A stretch of DNA of 56,202 bases from Catajapyx aquilonaris (Eukaryota): contig JYFJ02002519.1 in the NCBI GenBank assembly GCA_000934665.2, forward strand, positions 1 through 56,202. Reading direction: 5' to 3'. The number at the start of each line of letters is the position of its first letter. The stretch's first letter is position 1. Positions 1 through 28,018 of the stretch are shown here, piece after piece. The notes under the pieces are model-generated. The model was given only the letters and a program-made list of their open reading frames with translations. It ran no database searches and was not told the origin of the DNA. Both the position numbers and the translations under genes were made by a program.

Positions 1-1028
1 TCTTCATATAAACCGATATGGTTTCCAGGCCAGGTTAACAATGCCACACTTGTTCCAGATGAAGTTGCTGCAGTCTTTTGAATAGTTTCTGAGAATGTGA
101 ATGGGAAGAACCCAAAGTGGTTACCTGGCTACTTTTTAAAAGATGCTTGGCTACTATTACTGATGCAACCAGAGAATAGTTAGTGAAGTTGCAATGAACT
201 AACTCTATATTAAAGGCTTGTGATGTCACTAGTAAGCCTGCCTGTTTCATGACAGTTCAAGATGCTATGCTCACTTCATGATTCAAGGGCTGCAGTAGCA
301 AATAACACACAAAAGAATCCATTCTGACTGCAAATAAAGTCTCATCATTTACACAGCACCACAAAAATCAAATCTGTTATGGAGGTGGAACACTACTTGG
401 TTGCGTATGCGTATGATATTGTTGATCATTTGATATCATATTATGTCCATTTAGAAATTCAGGCACCAGAGTTGTCTGAGAACCAGACAGTTCGGCAATT
501 CACCTCAATGTTCGGGACTCAATGAAGACTTCCCTGAATTGTCGAATACACCTCTGTCAATAAAGAAGAATTCTGTTGGCTCCATAAGCTCCATGGAAGT
601 TCAAACAGTATTCATCCTAGTTGACATGAAGTCAGATAATTCACATTTTGTGTCGGCAGCATCTGTGCCTATCAACCAAATAGTGGGCTAACAGGTTTGA
701 ATTCCTCAGTGCTGCGTAAACGACCCTTGACATAGTCGCACGACTCGCACCAGGTTATTAGATCATTAAGTAATGTGTACTTATTAGAGTAAGCTGTTGT
801 ACTCCTTTGAACCGAGCACAACAAATGTTGTGGCAGTGCAAAGTCACGCTTGCTAGCTTCCTTCTCTACTACTCTGCCTATATAGTCCACCAACGCACGT
901 GGTATCCACCCACTCACCCGCTGACTAGTAGTGTCCCTGCCTGCCGGTCCCCTTCTTAGTACCGCATGCTCCACCAGATGCAAGCGTATGTGTGGGTCTT
1001 CTGTGCGTGTATTACCCTGATGTTCCAG

Positions 1029-2489
1029 TGGGCGGCTCCGTTTCAGGCGGCTTCGTCCCTCACCTGCCTCCCAGCATATTCGGCGGAGGAGGTCAACCAG
1101 GCCCGAACTACTACAAGACAGGCAGCACCAGCCCCAACAACAGCAACACCAAGCCACAGGCAGCAGCAGACACAGGCCGGATAAATGCTGGCCCCACGGC
1201 TGCCCCTCTTCCGCCCTCCACCAAGCAGGCCTCCAGACCCACCACCACCGCCTCGCCAAGCTTGTCCTCCTCAGGTCAGTCTCAGGTCACACTGGGTCAC
1301 ACTCTTTCTCGACCGGCACAAAACGATGTGGAGCAATTTAGCGCCATTCACACAGTGAGACTATCGGCGATACTATCGTCTGATGGCATTGTTGCACGTT
1401 CTAAGCGCCGCAATACGCACTTTTATTGCGTACAAAATTACTTAATTACATGATAATCAATTTGTGATTAAATTAACATAACAATAGCTGTGAATTTTTC
1501 AGTTAGCGATCAGGGTGTGGTTTGAGCTGGTGTCAATAGATGTCGCGAGAATGAATAACGCCTGCTTACAGTGATATTGAGCAGTCCTTCGAATGGTTCA
1601 TATACCTTTTGTTCACATCACGGTTCACATAGACGCTTCTTAGGCAAACTCCATATATAAAATGGACTTCTGGAACTGTTGGAACCTTCTCATGCAGCTA
1701 TTTTCTCTGTATGCAATGGTCAACAATGAAGCTTCCAATACCATTGCAGACATAGGTCAAGTCAACTCCTCCCGAGTGGAAGAAGAATCCGTGATCCTCC
1801 CGGGACTGAAACCAAGTCTAAACGACCGCCCAACAGTCGAACCCATCCTGGATACGCCTGACCCCTTCAAAGATGTCATTAAATTCCAGCCAGCTCCAGA
1901 TCTGCCAAGTCTTTTGAAGACAAGCACAACAACAACCACCACGACCACTACGACCACCACCACGCCTCCATCCACAACAGTCGTAACATCACCATCAACA
2001 ACCAGAGCTTCGACCGAATCGCTAAACGAATCTGAAGAACCGGATCAGAAAGAGTCTGAGGAACTATCAGCTGAAGAGAAAGACAAAGCAGTTCGCATCA
2101 ACGACGAATCCGATGGACACGAATCCTCCCAGGAAGATGAGTCAGCCATGGGCTTCTTCCATCCCTTGCTCCATATCCTGAAGCCTCTTCTGGAGTCCCC
2201 ACCATCGACGGCAGCACCACCAGTCACAGGACCATCAGAAGCTCCCAAGACGACAGCAGCCAGCCCTCAGTTTCCGGATCCGTTGTCCTTTGCTTCCGAT
2301 TCCCTCTTCTTCAACAGCCTAGCGGGGTCACCTGGGGACTTGGGGTCATTCGCTGGTCTTAAGCTGGCCGGATGTAACATCTATGGGCAGATGTATCGGC
2401 TTGGGAGAATCATCCCAGAGTTGTCCGGACCTTGTTCAGAGTGCAAGTGCACTGAAATTGGGGTACAGTGCATAAAGCTGAAGTGCTAA
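1029..2489 (+). CDS. 3' part of a Ser/Thr/Pro-rich mucin-like protein with a C-terminal 6-Cys VWC-like module (5' exons not located, probably outside the window)
   Basis: Exons 1029-1274 (ttccag|, |gtcagt) and 1750-2489 (ttgcag|, TAA) join in phase 1. The protein has a poly-Thr tract and an acidic stretch, and ends GCNIYGQMYRLGRIIPELSGPCSECKCTEIGVQCIKLKC (CxxCxC core typical of VWC). AATAAA at 3237 and 3359. Confidence 0.8.
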
Positions 2490-3236
2490 ATATTGTGTCA
2501 ATTGTCCCACAATGCAATGTGGTGAAGTCAATTTTTACAGAATTTTCCAGATAAAATCGGATGTTTGAAAATACTTGCACTTGGGATTCGACTTTCATAG
2601 CAAGTACCTTACATGTTAATTGCATTCGCTGCTTATTTATTTAACCGAACATGTATGTGGTTCTGTAAGTGGCTTTGTTAGCATATGTGGATAAGAACAG
2701 AGTCGGCTAGAGTGGGTTTCATAATAATTGACCTAATACAATGTACAACAACTAGAGCATTGTTACGTGTGTCTCTACTAGAACAGCAAAAATTATTTCA
2801 TCGACGTAAATTTTATTAATGCTATATGCAAATTAGCATAAAATAATATTGCCATATTTGATGTGTACATCAACAATTATTATTATTATGAATGCATTGC
2901 TGCGGATCATTACTAGTTGAAATGCAACGTACAGTACACTCGGATAGAAATTCACCTATGCCAAACGTTTTCTAAACCGTTCTTCTACGATCTCAGTATC
3001 TGTTTTAGATTTGTGTATGTAAAGAGGGTGTGTGTGAATGTATGATGAAAGATGTGAGAAGGTAAACCTAGCTAAGCAGTATGTTTTCACTTGATGTCGT
3101 TCAATGCCATCTAATAACGTAATTAAACAATTTTAAATGTTTCATCCAATAACTTGTAGTTGTACTGTAGTAATTTTACACTCTAATATTACGTGGCGCG
3201 TAGAAAATGTGTGACACATACTGCTCTTGAAACCTC

Positions 3237-3364
3237 AATAAATGCCCCCTATTGATCACATTGATTAGCTAGGTAAAAAGGTAGTACGTTTACACTGACG
3301 TGTGCAGAACATTGTAAAATGCTCTCTTTTAATTTACAGTAGCATTTGAGAAGCTGCAAATAAA
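3237..3364 (+). terminator. Candidate polyadenylation signals of the VWC-like gene
   Basis: AATAAA at 3237-3242 and 3359-3364 at the end of an AT-rich 3' UTR-like stretch. Confidence 0.5.
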
Positions 3365-6300
3365 AAATGACATACTCTGTGTTTACCATCTTATTTCAAC
3401 TACATCATGTCGCATCTTCAGCACAACTTTCGACTAAAATGTGCGCTACAACTGAATCTGCAAGTGTAGAGTAACCGAAGAGCCTCGCTATAACGATTGG
3501 GCTTTTCCAGTAATGTGACTGGGGGAAAAAAAAGTTTTTGATGGAAGCCCTTCATGCTCCATAGAAATAGGAAATTGGCGGGAATAACTCAACCAGAGCC
3601 CTCTCACTCCCACTCACTTCCTCTCCAGTTGACGAAAGGTCTCTGCAGCACTATAACCGTGTACCTATTAAGGCTTCGAGATATTTAATTGGTTTTGAGC
3701 AAGGGTGTGAAAGTATTCTGTAAAAATTTTAATGCAAAAAATATTTAATAGTAATCAGTGATATCAAACTTGAATATGCATTTATAGACTTGTAAGGACA
3801 GTCAACCCAATTAGTGTAGTCTGACAGAATTTCGCAATGCTGTTGGGAGTTAATTGCCAGCTCTCCCTAACAGGTGTCGGACGAGGTGAGTGTAATCACA
3901 AAGAGTAAACATTTTAAAAAGCAGCTTTGATCAGCCAATAATTATTTCCATATCTGGATCGATAGGTGCACGTTTTATCAGAATGAGCACTGTAGCTTTT
4001 TGAGCTATGGATTTTAAATGGGTGCAAAATTTTAAGTATACAATTGAACAATTTAAAATTAGTACAAATTCAAATAGTTTACATAATGTGTCCATAGTGA
4101 GGCCGAAGAATTATGCAAAAAAAAAATGATTCGACAGTTAGATCCATTTTAAAATTTGTCTATGTAAGAGTCTGTGACTTCTGATGGCGATGCCCTATTA
4201 CGTCGTCATCTGTCAACAACCTCATTTAGAATCACAACTTTTCGCACTTTTGCAGCTTGATCCCGACATCGAATCTAATCAAATCCGTTTTTTTTTTCCT
4301 CCAACAGGTGGCAATTGACCATCAGTCAGATATGAACAGCCGACGGGTAAAAGAGCACTCCAACCTTCTCAAACATGTCAAAGGTCGTCCAATTGAATCA
4401 CAAGCTCAGGTAAAGGCTTGGGTCTCATTTGGTTAGTGCCGTAATAAAAGGAAGGGCTTCCAGTTCCCTGCAGAGGCGCCAAGGCAATTTCATTTCTATA
4501 AACCTATCCTCCCCACCTCCCACCTACTCCCTTCCCCTCTTTCCATCCTCCAGGACCCCCCTGCATTGCCCTAGAGACCTGCCCCCGAAAGAGTATCTTT
4601 CTTTCTTTTCCACATGTGCTCGATTTACATCGATTGAAACTTGATGAAGGACGAGATTGCATTTCCCTATTCAGATTGACTGACATTTCTTTAATCGGAA
4701 ATAAAGGCTGCATCTATTGGTCCAAAAAAGAAAAGGAGATGCAACAATTTTGGGGGGGATGTGGGAAGTGCAATCCTGCAATTTCCATATGATTAGGATG
4801 AAGTTTTGGGATGTTTATATTAAATTTTAATGCGTAATCAGCATATCACAATAGAAGTGCACAATAGACCATCACTTTAATTGTAAGCTGACTTAACAGC
4901 TTGTGCTTTAAGTGAGCTGGACTGACATCATGCAAGTATAAAGTGCATCGTTGGCTTTGGCTTGAAATCAATATGGGGAAGCCGTAAATTTGCAAATGAC
5001 TTGTTGTTTCCCAACTAAAGTCTCATTACCAAGTAATTAGTTATTCGAGTAATTAGTTTGCCACGTTTTCGCTCACGATTCATTCATGGGTGATGAGTAA
5101 GGCTATTAACGCTTTACTCAGAAGCTAGTATTCTTGGTATTAGGCTAGACTTGTGGTAAACTTACATGGCTGCTATGATTTGGGCGATATACTTTAAAAA
5201 CATGACTGAAACCCTGAATTTATTTTTTGGGTCCACTTCCTACCAGTTGTCTGCATTAAGCACGAGTTCCTTGAACAAAGTGATGAGTTATTGTGCACTG
5301 CTTCACAGAATCACACAGTGTAGTGCATTAGTAGAATCGATACTGGCTTGCTGCCCTAGTTATGATTTCCCGAGAATACATAAAGATTGGAGGAATTGTT
5401 GCAGTATATTTAGGAGGAAGTCATGCGACGGGCTTTACACCTTTGCGTTTCGAATGGTACTTGATAATAACTCGCGCTTTACAGAAGGGACCTAGGTTTA
5501 GCGAGCACTGCAGGAGGTTGTAAAGCCGCGATTTGAGCGGATAGTCTCTGCTTCATGAAACACATGTTCAAAATTTCAAGTTAAAATATTGTAAAGGTGG
5601 TTGCTCGATATTTAAAAGCATAAAATAATAATTTAAAACAATTCTGCATCTCAGAATACTAGTGTTAAAATTCAATAATTTATTGATTCTAATGAGCTAG
5701 TGTTTCACAGTTGTACGTAACTAAGCAGAAAATTGATTTATTTAACAGTATCGGTATGCAGCACTGAAGCATTTCCCTTATACTCACTGATTACTCACTA
5801 TTAGGTGCATGCACTCTAGGAGGGTGCGAGCGTGTAATTAATGGCTATCTACTACATGCCTATAGTGCTTGTTTATTGAAACATGTATTCTGTAGTATTC
5901 TCCTCCCATAGTTTGGTACAATTTGTGCATTTTTAAAAACCACATCGTCAATAATAGCAAGGCACAATGCCATTTAATAAGAAATAATTCCAGGAGCTTA
6001 AATCCAATTTCCAAAATGAATATTGTGGCAAAAAAATGCTGAGCCGACTGACATTTCTGGTACACTAAGTAGGCTATATTTGACATTCCATTTCCATTCT
6101 TCAAATATATAATTTTCTATTTACGTACCCTAGACATCTTGGTTTATGAGAAACGTCATCCTCGTTTTGACAACAATTTTCTTATACGACACCCCCACTT
6201 TAAACGGTCCATCTGCATATCAACCATCCCAATTATGAACTCATCTATAAGACACCCCTCCATCACTCAAAGTGACAAAAAGCGCCGCCGACACCCTCTC

Positions 6301-9300
6301 TTCAACACCCCCCATTCTCCTTCAAAGTCACAACAATGTCACCTTCACCTAGCATCTTTTGTCCCAAAAAACAGTGGCAGGTTAGTCCCCAATAGCGCCT
6401 GCGTGACTACACCTCTTGTCCTCTATAGCCACTCGGGCTATTGGTTGCCTTTCCCTCCCAAAGTTAGGTAAGAGGGACATGTAGGTGAGCTTATTCCAAA
6501 TTTTGGATGGGACATACCATCAGGAAAATTTGGGGGTAACCCAAAATTTTATTCTGAAAAAAAGGAGTGGGGGGGGGGGGGTTGCCCTATAGAGAATTTT
6601 ATGGGCTCTTAGGTCAGGTGACGAATGTGCTCGACGGCGCCTGTGCCTAAGCCAAATCATCCATTCTCGTTTTTCTTTCTGGGCAACCCCTTCAATAAAA
6701 CCTCGTTGAAAAGGGGGTAGGAGGATCCTCCACTTCTCAGATGGTATAGGCAACAGGGCACCCTCATTAGATATATGGGCCACTGCGACACTAGTTTCAG
6801 TTTGTTGGTGACATTGTGGTATTTTTGCTTATGGAGAGGAAGGGCCGATTCGGACAAGATTTTTGGAATTTTGGAGGATTACAGGTATGTACAAAAAAAA
6901 TTTTTTCATTGTATTAGCTCCATAAGTGTTGGCGGGGAGGCTTGATCAACAGGTCTTTTTCGTGCTGTTGGGAGTGCATGCTTGGAGGCAATATCGCTGC
7001 GGAAAATGTATAATTCTTGGTAATTTTGATGCGATTAAAGCTCTCAAAATTATTGAGCAAAGTGCCACACGCAAGGTAAAAATATGTGCAAGAAACATGA
7101 CAAATTTGTCAATCGAGAACACTAAACCAGTGTTTTTATTCTGTTCACATGCACTATTCAAGAGCTGGGAGCATCACTTATTATAATTAAAAACGGTTAC
7201 ATATCTTATGTCAAAAGATTGACATTGAAATTTTTACCCTCCTACCTGTTTCTCTGCACAGCAGTAAAACTATATTTTTTCTTGAAATAAACCATTTACA
7301 TTATTATTGCTATTGTTGTTGTTGTAAATAAATAGTGTACATTTCATATTTAGTTAATTACTCAACCTGCATACCCATGAAATGCAAATAATAACTTCAG
7401 CTCAGATGTTATTTTGGTCAGCCCTGCAGTTGTTATAGACTGTCAACACATATTTACAGGTCAGACCAGCAACTTTTATTCTCACTTGGCATTTATTGAC
7501 TGAGAAGATTGGTTGAACCATTTCTCTGCAACAGGCTATATTATGTAGACGGGATAAACTTGTTCTGCTCCTTGTAAGGCTCAAAGTTCGCACTATTTCT
7601 CATGTTGACAGACTCAGATGAGAAAAAAGGGCAACCTAGAGGCGCAAGGACAACGCAATTTATATCCTTCTGTATATAGGCATACGGCTAGGAGGAAAAT
7701 TCAGAGATAATTTCACTCCTGTTTATGACAGAGCATCTTCCACCTATGCCTTATATTTCCTGGAAGTGACCCTGCTCATAGCCGCGGATTGGCAAAACAA
7801 ATTTTCTGTCATAAGAAATACTTGGAATCTGAAGTGGTACTGATATAAGAACATCTCAAGGTCGGGTTATGGCATATAAGAGAAGGCGTATTAATTTTGC
7901 ATTGTTTAGACATGCAGGTTGTCGTATGCCTAACATAAGTCCCCACAATTGATTGAAAAATTAAGGTTATTTATTTTGCAAACTTTTTGCATGAAATTCT
8001 CCAACCTAAAATAAGGAATGAAAGTAAATCTATGTTTTATTGTCCATTTTTCATATATAATATCCGGTAACATTTATACACTTGTTTCAGTTACTATTAC
8101 ACTAGCAATATAATTATTCATATGCAAAACGGTTTTTAAGACATTCCAGCAGTATACTGCAGAATGTCCGGCCACAAAATCCTAACAAAATTATTACATG
8201 TGGCTAAGTGGCAAGGTACAAATTAATCTACTTTATGGCTCCTGGATACTTTGTCCCAAAAAAAATTGACATACGATTGAACAATGTTTCCCAGCATTAA
8301 TGTTGTTTGATTCCTGAGAATCAACATGCCAGCTCCCATTTTCCACCCTTCCCCCTATACTTCCCTCTCCATCTCCCCCATTCCTTTTCCCCATCAGCAA
8401 GTAATTGCACAAAGGCTTCCCTTTACTTACAAGGAAAGGCAGCTTTGAAATCTTATTAATTTCACCTTCTGCTATCACCTCCGTTACTAGCAAGACCTAA
8501 TTACAACTTTTTTCTTCTTTTCATTCATAAAATAAAATAATGTTTCGGCCCTTTCAATCACGACCGGATTTCATATTTTCTAGGGGTGTATACTGATTTA
8601 AAATTGGATGACGTATGGGATTATCGGTTCTAGCCCGACAGAAGGGATCGATCTAGAGAAAAATCCAGGTGATTCAAATTAACTACGTGGGAATAAGGCA
8701 GCAGCGAAGAAAATAAGGAGTGAAAAAATGACAAAAGTCAAAGACTTTTTTTCCCCTGTAAGTCTGGTACTGCTGTGCACTAGCACTTGATGATACTTTC
8801 ATAAAATATGAAGGTTACACTCGTAGTAAGTGAAACTGCCAATCACAACCTTATAATTAGATTGACACTGACTTTCATGTGGTGGGCTGAGATATTGAGT
8901 TTTAAATAAAGCAAGTAAATCCTGCAAAATTGAAAACTAGTGTTGGTTTATGATAATTTTTGGTATTTGATTGGTCACAAATGCTCATTGCTCATTGTTC
9001 AGCAGAAAATGTTGATATTACACTAGCTTTAAGAAAATCATTTTAGATTATGCCAACCTGCAAAAAGTTATGTACACTTAAAATTATAATGAATACTGCC
9101 CCAGATATTGTGAGTATGTCATATTGCTGTACCCGACAAAGGTGGAATAGTGATTGTTTCTTGCCCTTTCACGTGGAATTTCTAATAATCTATGCCCCTC
9201 TCTTTCTATCCGGAGTAATAAAGAGGCCTAAAGTCACTTACAGGCATCCATAATGCCATGGTAGGTGAAATTAGTCGTTTTATTATCTTTCGCTAAAGCA

Positions 9301-10606
9301 GGTCAACATAACTGATAATAGTGAAAAGCAGCATAAATTGAAAGCACAAGCGCACTTTCTCCCTACGATATGCGTAAATACACACGTCATCAATGAAATG
9401 GTTGGTGTCCTACCCAATTACTTCGTAGCACTTTTTTGCCAATTAAAATACCGGAATGGCAACTTCAGAACGTCATCTTTAAATTGGTTATTCTATTCCT
9501 GTCGACTATTGCAATTCAATAAAATATCCGCACGTGTACAACCCACATTACCAACATATGATGCAATTTCTGAACGACCTCATTCAAATCCATTTATGTA
9601 GCCTTCCTTCAAATAAGATTCCCGATCTTTAAATAAAACTACAGCCCCTCTCAGAAAGTCCGATAAAATTTTTAAACCCCCTGAAAATGTCCAAAAAAAA
9701 CTGCTTCTACCCGACCTTTACGTAACAGCTTGACACTTTTTTTTTGTCCAGTCCCAAAGCAATTTAGATTCGACTTATCACCCTCCAGATACTGTCTCCT
9801 GGTACAAGTCAACCAGAACCGGCCTTAATTCAGGTCACTCTTAATGATCAGGTACAGGGTGAGTCAGTGTGTCTTAAGATGTCATTGACCACAAGCGAAA
9901 ATCATAGTTGATGAGAGTCTAGTGCCGACACCTGTGGTTGAGTTTGCAAGTCCTCCCCACCACCCTCCACTTCTCCTCTCTCCATCCACCACAGGCGCAG
10001 CGCCTGCCGACAGCATTCGCTCTAGTCTACAACCGGGTCTAGCCGGTAACAGCAGCCCTTTGCTAAGCTACCATCAACCAACAACCACAGAGGACAGCCC
10101 CAGATGGGGGGCTTCTGAGGACAGTCCACTGGACTTTTGAAAGGTCAGGTCTCAAACCTAAAGTGAATTGTCGTGTAAATTTCATGATTGATTCAATGCC
10201 TGGAACATTAATCAGAGGGTTCGCCCGCGTGGTCACATATTTGAAATATTGCTTACGGGACAGTGTGCTTGAAATTTTTTTTAAATAATAATTACAAATA
10301 TGTAAACTTGTTTGTGCAGTGAAGTTGAGGAATTGAATTTTTATTTGAGAAAACTGTCTGTAAGATTTGACAGATGTCGCCAATTCATTTTTCAACAGTG
10401 CTTGACAAATATTGATTTGCTTTTAAAAAACTACTGACAGATTACCGCCAAATCAATATCAATTTTAAAGACCTTTTTCTGACGTTGTCCAGACAAATTG
10501 GATCAGAATGTCAGGTATGAAAAGTGCGAATCATAAATGTTTCAATGTAGCTTTGGTTGAAGAGGAGGTCAAAGGGCAAGGGATGGTGCCGTCAAGATGT
10601 TAGTGA

Positions 10607-25106
<14,500 letters not shown>

Positions 25107-27426
25107 ACAAAAATGACTTTTTTAGTTGCAAACCCTTTGTTGGTTTTAATGTAGGCCTTTTAAAAATATAACCGGTGTCACGCGCACTAGGCATAGTATG
25201 GCTTTGTACGATGTATCATAAGAAATTGTCGTTATTTTCAGACATTATGTACGCCGTATTGTAAATGAAAAATTAAGCAGACCTGGTTTGCATAGATGAC
25301 GAGGATAATAATTATGCATATATACTCCTAGATGTATCACGTTGTGTCCCAGTGACCTTATACGGGTCAGACATGTAACCTTACGTCAGGTGCCGTAACA
25401 CTTGTAGGTGTCCCAAAAGTACATAATGTAAGCGTAGTATTATCTTTGTACCTATGTCGTTTCTATGTATCTGCATTTGCAGAGGTCTGGTTGAAAAGGG
25501 TCTCAGTTGTAATATAGTAAAACGGTTAGTGTTTACACGGCTTATAATAATGTACGTACGATATAATCAGGTGCTGTCTTATATTTACAACGAGAGATGT
25601 TGATTAGTTGTAGAGCTAAAAAAAAGATATATATTATCTAACTGTTGTATTTTGATCGGAAGTTTGCTCACATATGTGAGAAATTTTTTGTGACATTAGC
25701 TATCGCGTTGTTATGTATGTGTAGACTTCGTTAGAATCACACTATACAGCCATTAGTGTGATTCCGACTAGTACACGTTACATGTCATTTATGAAGTGGT
25801 TATGTACATAGTTCAATGTCAGCCACGGTTTATTTTACTGTGCATAGTTTGACAGCGGCATTCAGAGGATGTCAGATGTTATTAATTACCCATGTCATAA
25901 TGTTCATATGAGATGTGACGACATTCGAACAGTGGTAATATCACATTTGGCCTACTATGAATGACAAGTTGATTGTACCAAAATATTTAGATTTTAGAAT
26001 GCTGTTGTGAAGATGTATTTTGTCGAGAGTTGTAAACTGACTGATGTTTTTAAACATACATGGTTACTTTGCATAATTTGATGAAAAAAATTCCGCTAAT
26101 CCACGTTTCAAAATTCGCTCTGGCTCTCTTACTATTCACTTACGTTTCTCTAAAATGTAATTTCACTTTCTTATTCAGTCAGAATTGTACTTGATCAGAG
26201 TTGTTGAGTTGTTCATTACAAGTCGTAAGTGACAGATACATGTAAAAAAGCAATAAGGCTGTAAAAAAAAATATTTCCGTTTTGCCATTGCAAAGGTTTG
26301 TTCAGTTACATCTTACTTGTATAACCACCTGAAAATTTGTTATGTACTCATCCAAAGTGGAAATAGAAATACCTGGAAAGTAACTCTTGTTTTACTTTCC
26401 CTTAAATTCACCAAGCTGTAATTTACTCAATTTTGACTTACTTTCTCTACACCAGTTCCGGAGTTGAGTTGACCAAAGCACCACTGACTTCCCAAGTTGC
26501 ACAAACCATGTGACCCAATTCACTGGTCACAGTACTGATGCGTAAATTTTTTTCTCTGCCTGACATCATTTTTGTGGCAATTTGATTGCTCCATACATCC
26601 CTGCAGGAGGCTATGTATACAATGCATTCACCCCGAACAGACTTACTGTACACATGCAGTCTGATGGGGCTGACACCATAAGTTTCCAAGTAATGTATGT
26701 GACAAGCAGTTCCGTTGAACTGGGTAAAAAGCAGTAACATTAGGTACTTTGAACATTGACCTAGACCTAATTGGTAGTATGCACAAAATGTAGGCTACCA
26801 ATCTAAATATTTCTGTGAAATAATTGCAAATTGTATCATTCAAACTAATTCATTGTTTGCAGTCATATTACATGTGGAAAAAAACAGGATGAATGAGACC
26901 CTTGGACTACACCACCACATTGAAACTCATTTTTAAAAACTTAGTCAACCATGTCATATTGTCAAGATATGTTCATGGAGAAGCCTGAATTCACGATGCA
27001 AGAAAAAGTCACTGGACCATGTATCAATGTTAACAAGAGGCAGATTTTATGTGTAAAATGGCAGAGCATTTCTTTTCCCAACCATGCATAAATAAGTTTT
27101 TCAGTGATAGAACAATGCATTTGCAAGACCAGCCTTAATACTTCAACATGGCTCCTTATTGGTTCCGAGCTTCATCAACTGGTCGAATAAAGAACATGCA
27201 TGTTCAACACTTTATGCAATTTGACAGTTAGGCAAATACAGTGCAATTCTCTATCATCATCTATTTAACAGTGCTAAAATGAACATACCTGCCAGAAATG
27301 CAGTATAGCAATGGCTCAAAACTCTACATAACCAACTAATGTTGGAAGCAAATCAGTGACAACTGCAGGTGTAATCACTGCAAAAGCTGCAGTGATATAA
27401 ACAAAAGGATGCAAGCAAATCACATT

Positions 27427-27734
27427 TTAGGCCACAACTATTCCCTTCTTCTTCTTAAAATCATTAATCATTTGGCGATTATACTGGTCAAAGAGCCTCT
27501 GCTCGGCCTCCTGCTGCCTCTTCTGAGCCAACATTTCGGCAGCCAGCATCGCCTCCAGCTCATCTGTGTTGTACGATCGACCCTGATATGAAAAGTCACC
27601 AATTACTTCCAGAATTTTAACCAGAGAAACTGTTTTACCTTGGAGCAAATACATGCAATGAAGCCTGCAAGGACAGACAGACTCCCAACAGCAAGGAAGA
27701 TCCCACCAAGAACTATACCCAAGTCAATGGCCAT
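27427..27734 (-). CDS. Unrecognised 83-aa single-pass membrane microprotein, 2 coding exons
   Basis: Exon 27734-27639 (actATGG; MAIDLGIVLGGIFLAVGSLSVLAGFIACICSK), 56-nt GT-AG phase-0 intron, exon 27582-27427 (GRSYNTDELEAMLAAEMLAQKRQQEAEQRLFDQYNRQMINDFKKKKGIVVA*). Confidence 0.7.
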
Positions 27735-28012
27735 AGTTGAGCACTGCCAATATGTGTAATTGCAACTCAAGCTCCTTAGAAGTTAACTCCGCAGTACTCA
27801 TATGCCCAACGTGTCACCTCAGCTATCAACACCACCTATATGGAAACCAGTAGTTATGTTTGTCAGGTGGTATTGGTGTTGCCAAGGTGGTTGTCACGCA
27901 CCCAGCAGGGATTGCACAAAAGCATGCCACACAAATCAATAGGAAGGGCTTCATTAACCTTCTTCCCATGAAAAGAAGACGCACAAGGTAATACACCCAG
28001 GCAAAAAAATCC

Positions 28013-28018
28013 TTTATT
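28013..28018 (-). terminator. Polyadenylation signal of HPD
   Basis: AATAAA on the minus strand 15 nt after the HPD TAG, followed by U/GU-rich sequence. Confidence 0.6.

Noticed and set aside
463..690. Possible extra exon of the VWC-like gene after ttcag at 462
   Set aside because: I could not establish a phase-compatible open frame with a convincing donor.
672..1259. 195-aa minus-strand ORF
   Set aside because: Largely the antisense shadow of the GC-rich exon 1029-1274; Trp/Cys-biased composition and no recognisable motif.
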